From the NCBI GenBank assembly GCA_963796135.1, contig CAWCKK010000011.1, positions 72,140 through 136,139 on the forward strand: DNA of 64,000 bases, written 5' to 3'. Source of the DNA: an uncultured Acidobacteriota bacterium (GTDB taxonomy: Bacteria > Chlamydiota > Chlamydiia > Chlamydiales > Rhabdochlamydiaceae). A program made the position numbers and the translations under genes. Position 1 is the first letter of the stretch. Each line of letters begins with the position of its first letter. This document shows positions 43,842 to 53,464 of this stretch, one piece after another. A model generated the notes under the pieces. That model did not search any database. It was given only the letters and a program-made list of their open reading frames with translations, and was not told the origin of the DNA.

Positions 43842-46421
43842 ATGATTAAAGAGCTACAGGTGCATTTGTCAGGGGAGCTGCGCCATTGGGGAATCGGCCA
43901 TGAAGACGGTAGAATTTGCCGCCTTTCCCATGTGGAGAGCAAGATCTCTAACCTGCTCAGCTCAGAGTGTATCCAGGAAAGACTCCATCTTGTACAAACA
44001 CTCTCTTATGAAAGGCATCGCTGTCTTGTAGAGCGCTTCGGCAAGGTGGAGAACAACAGTTCAAAAACAAAAGAATTCAAAAAAAAAGCAGAGGGGTTGC
44101 TTTCCCTTTTTCTCGCCCTCCAACAAAATCAGGGGATCACAGAGCTTCAGCGGACCTTTTTTTCTTTGCCAGAAGATGTTCAGGGGTTGCTCTGCTGGGG
44201 GGTTTGGGTGGAATTCGGGGCTCCGGATGAGGAGAATTTTGGAAGAAAAACCCTTCTTCAGAAGATGTCCTTGCTCTTAGATATCCGCTCTCCTTTGATT
44301 TTTCCCAATGGCAATGGGATCTGCGAACAGGCTTTGCACCACTACGAAAGCCTCTATGTTCTTGAAAATCAGAAAGCTTTAAGCCCCCATCAGAACCAAG
44401 AAGTCGTCTACAAGCTAGAGCGGTTGCAAGAACTATCGGAGTTTGAGAGGATCTCTTTAATCTATCATCGGATCAACCATGGGCAAAGGCAGGCGATCTT
44501 GGGCCGCGCCTCTTGGATTACAAGAGAGTCGATTCATAGGTTTGAAAAGGATTATCACTACAAAGAGCGATTAAAATCGGATCCTTCCCACTTGTATCTG
44601 CATCGAGGTGCTCACCCTAAAGTGGATGAGACCTCATTTCAGGTGTTTGCCCCAAATGCCAAAGAGGTGCATTTGGTTTTGACCGCTTTTGGAAAGGAGG
44701 AACACACCATCCCGATGAACCGCAATGCTTACGGTGTCTGGGAAGTATCTACAAAACATGCCGTGGCTGGAAGAACATATCGATATCGAGTGTGCGATCC
44801 TTGGGATAACTGGAAAGAGCGGACAGACCCGTTTTCGTTCGGAATTAAAGAGGTCCATGGAGTAGCAGAGTCTGTGGTTACAGATATCGATTCCTACACC
44901 TGGCACGATCAAGATTGGATGAGCGACCGGGCCCGCGGGCAGATAGCAAAAAAGCCCGTGTCTATTTACGAGCTCAACGTCGATTACTGGAAGAAGGAAG
45001 GGGGCAGGGGAATTGACTTTTACAAATTGGCCAATGAAATTGTCCACCACCACCAGAGGATCTGTTTTACCCATGTTCAGCTCTATGGACTGATTGATAA
45101 TCGGCATGATTACTCGTGGGGATATCAGGCCAACCACTACTTAGCCCCCAATCGAAGGATGGGGTGTGTGAGCGGTTTTAAATTTTTGGTCGATCGTTGC
45201 CACCAGGCTGGAATTGGGGTGTTTATCGATATGGCGCTCTCCCATTTTAAGCACGAGCATGCAGGGGATCTTTCTCAAACTCTACATGATTACGATGGGA
45301 CTAACCTCTTTGCAGCCGATCACACCCCTTGGGGAACGGCCTACTTTGACTTTAACAAAGAAGAAACTAGGCGCATGCTTTTATCTGCTGTCCATTATTG
45401 GTTGGAGAAAACGCACATCGATGGCATGCGCTTGGATGCTGTCAGCCCCATGCTCTATCGCAACGGCCAGGTCCAATGGGCAGCTGTCGATTTTTTGAAA
45501 GAGCTCAACAGCAAAGTCCACAGACAATATCCAGGGATCGCCATGCTCGCAGAAGCCACAGATCCGTTTGATAAAGTGACTCGGCCTGTTTGGGAGGGGG
45601 GATTGGGCTTTGATGCCAATGTCGGAGGTGTTTTTTTTAGTCACAACCTGCGCAATTACTTGAAAACCCCTTACGAACAGCGGGGTCAAGAGCATCACTT
45701 TGGCAAGCTGCTTGAAAATTTGAAAGAGGGGCATAGCGACAACCGTTGGATCATCGCGTATTCTCACGACGATGCAGCAGGGGAATCCCTCTATCACTGC
45801 ATGCCCACCCAGGACCCTTGGCGCCGTTTTGCAGATATGCGATTGTTTCATGGGTTCAATATACTCTCCCCAGCAGCTGGCCACTTGACTCACATGGGCT
45901 CTGAGCTGGGGCAGATATGGCCCTGGGATAAGCGGCTGACTGCAGAGGAAGGCGCGGTCGAATGGCATCGCCTCGATGAAAAAAATACAGGAACACCCCT
46001 GCACTCCCAGCTACTCTGTTATACCGGGGACTTAAACCGCCTCTACATTTCTCAACCCCCTTTGTGGAAACTAGGGGAGAAGGGGTATCTTCCGATTTCC
46101 CATTGCGCATCCAACAAAGTGCTCGGTTTTCAGCGGTTCGATGATCAGGGGGGAAGGCTTGCCGTTTTTTTTAATTTTTCCACTCAAGGCTATCGCGATT
46201 ACGATTTTCCGATGCCCCACCCCGATCAAGGGCGAGGGCTCAAGGCTATTGAAAATGCCAAGGAAATTTTTAATTCAGACGGAATGCAATATGGCGGCAC
46301 CGGCCAGTTTGGAAATACATGGGCACACCTTGTGCGCAATCAGAGCTGGGAGCCTACTGCTTTTCGCATCAACCTCCCGCCGCTATCTTTGCTCGTCTTC
46401 AAGGTGACCCTATTTTCCTAA
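43842..46421 (+). CDS. Divergent GH13 1,4-alpha-glucan branching enzyme-like protein with a ~240-aa N-terminal extension
   Basis: CBM48-like FQVFAPNA/GVWE/DPF, SIYE, SWGYQ, GMRLDAV, LAE and SHDD motifs; terminal NSD..YGG and LPPLS. Confidence 0.82.
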   Translation: MIKELQVHLSGELRHWGIGHEDGRICRLSHVESKISNLLSSECIQERLHLVQTLSYERHRCLVERFGKVENNSSKTKEFKKKAEGLLSLFLALQQNQGITELQRTFFSLPEDVQGLLCWGVWVEFGAPDEENFGRKTLLQKMSLLLDIRSPLIFPNGNGICEQALHHYESLYVLENQKALSPHQNQEVVYKLERLQELSEFERISLIYHRINHGQRQAILGRASWITRESIHRFEKDYHYKERLKSDPSHLYLHRGAHPKVDETSFQVFAPNAKEVHLVLTAFGKEEHTIPMNRNAYGVWEVSTKHAVAGRTYRYRVCDPWDNWKERTDPFSFGIKEVHGVAESVVTDIDSYTWHDQDWMSDRARGQIAKKPVSIYELNVDYWKKEGGRGIDFYKLANEIVHHHQRICFTHVQLYGLIDNRHDYSWGYQANHYLAPNRRMGCVSGFKFLVDRCHQAGIGVFIDMALSHFKHEHAGDLSQTLHDYDGTNLFAADHTPWGTAYFDFNKEETRRMLLSAVHYWLEKTHIDGMRLDAVSPMLYRNGQVQWAAVDFLKELNSKVHRQYPGIAMLAEATDPFDKVTRPVWEGGLGFDANVGGVFFSHNLRNYLKTPYEQRGQEHHFGKLLENLKEGHSDNRWIIAYSHDDAAGESLYHCMPTQDPWRRFADMRLFHGFNILSPAAGHLTHMGSELGQIWPWDKRLTAEEGAVEWHRLDEKNTGTPLHSQLLCYTGDLNRLYISQPPLWKLGEKGYLPISHCASNKVLGFQRFDDQGGRLAVFFNFSTQGYRDYDFPMPHPDQGRGLKAIENAKEIFNSDGMQYGGTGQFGNTWAHLVRNQSWEPTAFRINLPPLSLLVFKVTLFS

Positions 46422-48333
46422 CACCTCAAAAAGCGCCTCCATCAGCACATCTAAATTGTCGGCGATATGGTTTTTGCCCCAATTATCGCCCCCTTTTAGA
46501 AGGGTCAACCGAGAGTTCATAAACCCTGCCGTGAATCTGATTTTGCGTTTCTTGGGGAAGGCCCTTTAGCAAAGCGTTCACTCGGTTTGTCCGTTCAGAA
46601 AGGGGTCGAGAGCCGAAGTCCTCATTAAAGACTAACATTTGGATATTTTCGAGGACGATTTTAGGGCTTGTTTCCTGATTGACGGTATCCAAAACCAGCG
46701 TGTTGCTATTATTTACAGAAATAATATCTTCAAAAATAGGTGTATTACTATTATTCATAAACATATCGTCTTCGAGAATCGATATATTACTATTGTTCAC
46801 AGGAACAGTGTCTTCGAAAATCGGATTGCTTTGTCGACTGGGTTTTAAGGTGGAGGCTGCTAGAACTAGCGCTTCCATTTTCAGTTTGGGATCTGTGTTT
46901 TTGCTCTCGAATTTTTCTTTTCCAAAATTGCTATTCCCTCGAGGGCATCCGCTTAGCTCCCATATTGCCCGGTGGACAGCCTTCTGCTCTTCTTGCTCAA
47001 GTGCATCGAACTCCATTTGTTTATTAGCGCATTGCAGGAGTTTGAAAACGTTATCTGCTTTGATGAGTGTTTGGGAATGGAGCAAAAGATCGTTTTGAGA
47101 ATTCACCATTAGATTTTGTAACGTGGTCACATAGTGACGGATAATTTCTGCTTTCTGTTGAGAGGTGCAGTGATACTGAGCGTCAAGGGAGTTTTGGCAC
47201 AGGAAAGAAGCTTTTCCAAAGTCGCTTTGGAGATTTGTCGGCGATTTGAAATAGAGCCATGTCTCTTTAAAGATTCCATGCTGGAAGGTTAGAGGCAATT
47301 GTCCAAATGCCTGCATAGCCAAATGGTTATTTTCTTTAAACAGCTGGATGACTTCGACAAACGAATTTTCAATCCCCTTGTGAACTTCTTGCAAACGCTC
47401 GAGGTGTGTTTCGAGACAATAGCAATCTTTCACGGACTTGAGGTAAGGCTTGCAGATCGGATGATTTCCGTCGAAAATGACGATCATTTTTGTGATGGCT
47501 ACGCGATTGTCTTTTTTAGTCACTGCCCAGAGCACTCCAAAGGGGGATCCTGGAATCGCCTTTAAGAAAGCGTTGTTGGGTGAATCGAGCATATCCTGGT
47601 ATGTGTATTGAGGTGTTTTTTTTCCACGATTTCTAAACATAGATCCTCGGTCCGGGTGTATGATCACTTGCATGGGGGAAAGGGAATTAAATGCCACAGA
47701 GCCCGGATCTGAGTGGGGAGTGACGCCCACTTCGGGAAAGATGCCCATATTCACATCACATGTTTGATCATCTCCAGGTAGGGAGTTGGGGAAAGTCCAG
47801 CGGTGCGTGTGTAAGTTAATCGGCAAGCCTGCTTCAATCCTGCTCGAAGCAAAATTTCCGTTAACCACTGTGAGAAAAAGCTCAACATCCTTCCCCGACA
47901 GATCTCCTGCCATTTTGAGGACTTCCTTGGGCACATGTGCGATGGCCTTGGGGTCTAGTAGAATGGCGGTAGAGTTCGATCCAACGCCTTTGTAGACAGA
48001 GAGCCCGGGGATGGATACGACGTTAAACAGGGGGTTAGCCGGTGTGGGGGGAAGACCGATCTGCTTCATGTTAAAGAAGAGGCAAGTGCCCATTAATCCG
48101 CCGACCGGAGTGTGCCGGATGTGTTTGGCTCTTTCTTGAAATAGCTTTGTCATTTCCTCTTTTTTTGTCGAAGGGGAAGCGTCGCTCTGGGAGATCTTTA
48201 TTGCCTCGTTGTGAAACTTGATTTCATGCTCTATGTCGCTATTTAAAATTTTTGGTTTAATTCCGTCTATCCAATTGTGCATGGAATTAATCTTTTCCTT
48301 GGCGATAGAATTATAAGCTTCTTTAATAGTCAT
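46410..48333 (-). CDS. Hypothetical protein with three helical LP..Q..I...W...P...FG repeats and a 14-aa tandem repeat; C-terminus probably extends to 46410 across a homopolymer indel
   Basis: 616-aa ORF; removing one base at ~46495 gives SKGGDNWGKNHIADNLDVLMEALFEVLGK-stop, completing the third repeat. Confidence 0.7.
46702..46827. repeat. Three degenerate 42-bp tandem units within the coding sequence
   Basis: Units start at 46702, 46744 and 46786; they encode approximately [P/S]I[F/L]ED....NNSN on the minus strand. Confidence 0.8.
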
Positions 48334-48483
48334 TGAAAACCTCTATTTTTTTAATTTTATTTCCATTTTTAAATAGCTTTTCTTCAATGATTCTTACAAA
48401 ATATATTTTTTAAGTCAATGTTTGATTTTGAGGAGTGTGAAAGAAATATTTTGAAAAAGCTGTTTGACAGCGCGGCTTTGAAG

Positions 48484-51017
48484 CTATACTCCTTCCTGAT
48501 TGAGCGCCACAGGATCGGGGGCAGGCTCAGCGGGTCCCTGCTCGATGAAGATCAGTTTATCGCTATCGGCAGATATGTGCCAGTTGCCCGGTTTTCCGGG
48601 ATTCATCAGCAGCTTTTCTGCCAGGGGATCTTCGAGATACTGTTCGATGGCCCGGCGAAGGGGGCGGGCGCCATTTTCCGGCTGAAAGCCTTTAGTGACA
48701 AGATAGTCCTTAGCTTTTTCGTCCAGGGAGATCTCGATGTTTTTGCGGGCAAGGCGCGCTTTGACTTTGGCCACCTCTCGCTCGACAACCCGAAATAAGC
48801 TGGCCCGATCCAATGGTCTGAAGATGACAACGCCATCGAGGCGGTTGATGAACTCGGGCTTATAGGCTTTTTTGACAGAGTCGTTCGATTTTCTCTTCAT
48901 TGCTTTGATAATCGAGCATCCCCTCTTGAACTCCAAAGCCCATTTCGGTGGATCTGCGGATCAGGTCGGCGCCGAGGTTGGAGGTCATGATGATGATCGT
49001 ATTGCGGAAGTCGATCTTGCGGCCGAAGGAGTCGGTCAGGCGCCCTTCTTCTAGGATTTGCAGTAGCAAGTTCATCACATCGGGGTGGGCTTTTTCAATC
49101 TCATCAAAGAGAACGACGCAATAAGGACGTCTGACGCACTTGTTCTGTGAGTTGGCCGCCCTCTTCATAGCCCTACATAGCCAGGAGGAGAGCCTGTCAT
49201 GCGGCTGATGGCGAATTTCTCCATGTACTCTGACATGTCGACTTGGATGAGGGCATCTTCTCCGCCAAACATGTTGATCGCAAGCTGTTTTGCAAGCAGC
49301 GTTTTTCCAACGCCTGTCGGTCCTAAGAAAAGGAAAGCTCCAATGGGGCGGTTGGGATCTTTAATGTCGGCTCTGCTGCGGCGGATGGCCCGGCATACAG
49401 TGCCGAGCGCATCGTCTTGGCCGATGATGTTGGCTTTGAGGGTCTCTTCCATTTTGAGCACTTTTGCGGTCTCTCCCTCAGTCAGGCGAGTCACTGGAAT
49501 GCCGGTTTGTTTTGCGACGATCTGGGCGATATCTTCTTCATCGACAATCGGCCTGGTGTTCTTCTTTATTGTTTTCCCATTCTGCGCGGATCTTTGAGAG
49601 GTGATCCCGAAGGTTTTTTTCCTGATCGCGCATTTTGGCGGCTTTTTCGTATTCTTGCTTGCTGATGGCATCTTCTTTGGCAAGGCGGACCTCTTCGATT
49701 TCGGTTTCGAGTTTTGTGATGTCATTGCGGTTGATGCATCATCGCGATCCGCGCCTTTGCTCCGGCTTCATCGATTAAATCAATCGCTTTATCCGGTAAA
49801 AAGCGCCCTGAGATGTAGCGATCTGAAAGAATGACAGCGGCTCTATGGCGCCTTCTGTATAGGCGCAGTTGTGGTGCTCTTCATACTTTGGCTTTGAGCC
49901 CTTTTAGAATCTGAATGGCTTCTTCCACTGCAGGAGGTGCGACGAAGATTTTTTGGAATCTGCGCTCTAGAGCGGGATCTTTTTCAATGTGTTTGCGATA
50001 TTCATCTAATGTAGTGGCTCCAATGCACTGGATTTCTCCGCGGGAAAGAGCGGGTTTTAAAATATTGGAAGCGTCGATGGCACCTTCCGCAGCTCCGGCG
50101 CCGACAATGGTGTGGAGCTCGTCGATGAAAAGCAGAACATTGCCATTTTTCTTGATCTCGTCCATGACCGCTTTGATCCGCTCTTCAAATTGACCGCGGT
50201 ATTTGGTTCCTGCGATCATCAGAGTCAGGTCGAGAGAGATCAGCGTTTTTTTGCGCAGATGATCGGGAACATCGCCTTGGACAATGGCTTGGGCGAGCCC
50301 TTCGACAATGGCGGTTTTGCCGACTCCCGCTTCTCCGATCAGAACCGGGTTGTTTTTTCGTCGGCGGCAAAGGATCAGAATTAGCCGTTCCACTTCTTCT
50401 TTCCGGCCGATGACAGGATCGAGTTTGCCTTCGCGGCATAGCTCTGTCAGATCATGGCCGTAGGCTCTTAAGAGCAGGCATTTTGTCGCCGCGGCTGATG
50501 CTCCAGCTTTCTATGCTGGGATCTTGATGAAGTCCGGGGGGTGGGCCGGAGATGGAGTCCCATGGGGGGCAATTGCAGATTGAATGTCTCGAGTTCTTTC
50601 AGGACCTCTTTGCGCACTTCTTTGAGATTGACATTAAGATTTTCAAAACTTGGGCTGCAACGCCGTCTGTTTGACGCAGCAGGGCAAGAAGCAAGTGCTC
50701 TGTTCCGACGTAGTTGTGATTAAGGTTCGCGGCTTCTTCATTGGCAAATTCAAAAACTTTTTTTACTTTTCCTGTGAGGGCAGGATCTCCATAGACTTGG
50801 ATTTCCGGGCCAAAGCCGACGAGGCGCTCAATTTCTGCGCGCACAGTCTCGTAATCGAGATTGAAATTGCGCAAGACATTGACGGCGATCCCCTGACCGA
50901 GTTTAAGAGGCCTAGAAGGACGTGCTCTGTGCCTAAGTAGTTGTGGTTGAGCCGTTGAGCTTCTTTTTTTGCTAGTTTGATGACTTGCTTAGCGCGATTG
51001 GTGAATTTATCAAACAT
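48484..51017 (-). CDS. clpC: ATP-dependent Clp protease ATP-binding subunit ClpC (multiple frameshifts)
   Basis: [47 protein letters not shown] and GARPLRR motifs in successive frames. Confidence 0.93.
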
Positions 51018-51124
51018 GAAAACGCCCTCCGAGGACCACCCTCTCTATCTATTGTAAGTATTTTTTCTTTTTTTGCAAATAAACTCTCCAGCAGCTATCA
51101 ATGTTGCGCAAAGGGAGATCATCG

Positions 51125-51877
51125 ATGGGGAAGTGGGAAGTGCTCGATACGGGGGCGCAAAGCGCCGCGGAAAATATGCGTTTGGATGCGGAACTTTTAC
51201 AGCGGGCCGATCAGTTGGAAAACCCCGTCCTGCATTTCTATGAGTGGGCAGGGGATAGCGCGACCTATGGGTACTTCACTCGACCGAGCGATTTTTTGAG
51301 ACTGGATAGGGCAAGGGGGCTTTCTTTGGAGCTTGCTCAGCGCCCCACAGGCGGCGGGATTATTTTTCACCTCTGGGATATGGCCTTTTCTGCGATTGTC
51401 CCCTCTCACTGTCCCGAATTTTCGATGAACACCCTGGAAAATTACGCCTTTGTCAATCACATCGTCCTTGCCTGCATCAAGGAATTCCTTAACCACACCG
51501 CTCCTCTAACGCTCACCCCCGATGACTTTGCCCCTTGGGATGCTTCCTGCTCCCACTTTTGCATGGCCAAGCCCACTAAGTACGATGTGATGTGGGAAGG
51601 GAAAAAAGTGGCAGGAGCTGCTCAACGCAAGACAAAAAAGGGGTTTTTGCACCAAGGCTCGATCGCTTTGATCATGCCCCCTCAAGATTACCTTAATGAA
51701 GTGCTGATTCCAGGAACTAAAGTTTCAGAAGCAATCCGAGCCCATGCCTGTCCTCTGCTTGGAAAGTCGGCTACTCCAGCCCAAATGGCCCTGGCCAAGC
51801 AAAGCTTGCGCAGTCTTTTGAATAGACAATTAACCGATTTTTCATCTAAAATCGAAGGCCTCAACCGGAGCTCCTAA
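51125..51877 (+). CDS. Lipoate-protein ligase A family protein
   Basis: NMRLD, RPTGGGIIFH, KKVAGAAQR and HQGSI motifs. Confidence 0.88.
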   Translation: MGKWEVLDTGAQSAAENMRLDAELLQRADQLENPVLHFYEWAGDSATYGYFTRPSDFLRLDRARGLSLELAQRPTGGGIIFHLWDMAFSAIVPSHCPEFSMNTLENYAFVNHIVLACIKEFLNHTAPLTLTPDDFAPWDASCSHFCMAKPTKYDVMWEGKKVAGAAQRKTKKGFLHQGSIALIMPPQDYLNEVLIPGTKVSEAIRAHACPLLGKSATPAQMALAKQSLRSLLNRQLTDFSSKIEGLNRSS

Positions 51878-51881
51878 AACT

Positions 51882-53405
51882 ATGAGCGAGAACACGCAAA
51901 CAGCCATTGAACCAACGCGAGAAGAAAACTATGCAGAGTGGTTTCAGGAGGTGATCCGCGGAAGCGACCTGGCAGAACACTCTCCTGTCAGAGGGTGTAT
52001 GGTGATCAAACCCTGGGGTTATGCGATCTGGGAGAACATGCAGCGCATTTTGGACGGGATGTTTAAAGCCACTGGCCATGCCAATGCCTATTTTCCGCTT
52101 TTCATTCCCTTGAGCTTTCTTGAAAGGGAAGCGGCGCATGTCGAGGGGTTTGCCAAAGAGTGCGCTGTGGTGACACACCACCGCCTGGAAAAAGGCAAAG
52201 ATGGCAAGCTCATCCCAGCAGGGGAGCTCGAAGAGCCTCTAATTGTCCGGCCGACCTCTGAGACGATCATCGGGGAAATGTACTCCAAGTGGGTGGAGTC
52301 TTATCGCGACTTGCCGATTCTCATCAATCAATGGGCTAATGTGGTTCGCTGGGAGATGCGCACGCGGATGTTTTTGCGCACAACCGAATTCCTATGGCAA
52401 GAGGGGCATACGGCGCATGCCACGGAGGCTGAGGCTAAAGAAGAGACGATGCGCATGTTAGAGGTGTATGCGCATTTTGTGGAAAAATTTCTCGCAATTC
52501 CTGTGATTAAAGGGGAAAAGACCTTAAGCGAGAAGTTCCCCGGGGCTGTGAACACCTACACAATTGAGACAATGACCCAAGATCGCAAAGCTCTTCAATG
52601 CGGAACGTCGCATTTCCTCGGGCAGAATTTTGCCCACGCTTCTCAAATCAAGTTTCGCGATGTCGATGGGGAGATTCGCTATGCTTGGACAACCTCATGG
52701 GGAGTGACCACCCGCTTGATCGGCGCCATGATCATGGCTCATAGCGATGACGACGGCCTCATTCTGCCCCCTCGGATCGCCTCTGCCCACGTAGTCATTT
52801 TGCCGGTGATTCACAAGGAGGAGACTAAAACCCAGGTGCTCTCCTATTGCCATAGCCTCGCTGGTTTGCTCCGCCATCTTCAATATGAGGGGCGCCCCTT
52901 GCAGGTTGTTGTCGATGAAAGGCAGCTGCGCGGAGGGGATAAGCTGTGGTCTTGGATCAAAAAAGGGGTGCCTTTGCGCATTGAGGTCGGACCGCGCGAT
53001 ATCGCCGCCAATCGATTGCCTGTTGCAAGGAGGGACAAGGGGCATCGCGATATTTCCTACTTGTCCAAAGAAGAACTCCTGAGCACCATCCTGGATCAGC
53101 TCGAACAGATGCAGCAGAACCTCTTTGAGCGCGCAAGAAGATTTCGAGACAGCCACATGAAAAAGATCGATACCAAAGAGGAATTCTACGCTTATTTCAC
53201 TCCTAAAAACCCAGAATCTCCAGAGATTCACGGGGGGTTTGCTCTATGCCATTTTGCAGAGGATAGTCTTGTAGAAGAGCAGATCAAAAAAGATTTAGGG
53301 GTCACTATCCGGTGTATTCCGTTCGAACTTCCAGAGGAGCCCGGGATTTGCCCCTTCAGCGGTAAAAACAGCTCCCGCCGCGTCATCTACGCTAAAGCGT
53401 ATTGA
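51882..53405 (+). CDS. proS: Proline--tRNA ligase, archaeal/eukaryotic-like type
   Basis: RPTSET, FLRTTEFLWQEGHTAH, GTSHFLGQNFA; no large insertion domain; C-terminal AKAY. Confidence 0.95.
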   Translation: MSENTQTAIEPTREENYAEWFQEVIRGSDLAEHSPVRGCMVIKPWGYAIWENMQRILDGMFKATGHANAYFPLFIPLSFLEREAAHVEGFAKECAVVTHHRLEKGKDGKLIPAGELEEPLIVRPTSETIIGEMYSKWVESYRDLPILINQWANVVRWEMRTRMFLRTTEFLWQEGHTAHATEAEAKEETMRMLEVYAHFVEKFLAIPVIKGEKTLSEKFPGAVNTYTIETMTQDRKALQCGTSHFLGQNFAHASQIKFRDVDGEIRYAWTTSWGVTTRLIGAMIMAHSDDDGLILPPRIASAHVVILPVIHKEETKTQVLSYCHSLAGLLRHLQYEGRPLQVVVDERQLRGGDKLWSWIKKGVPLRIEVGPRDIAANRLPVARRDKGHRDISYLSKEELLSTILDQLEQMQQNLFERARRFRDSHMKKIDTKEEFYAYFTPKNPESPEIHGGFALCHFAEDSLVEEQIKKDLGVTIRCIPFELPEEPGICPFSGKNSSRRVIYAKAY

Positions 53406-53464
53406 TTTTTTTTTGTTTTGGAAATTCAGCTTTTCCTTATATGATTGTGGTTTTAAGAGGGTTC

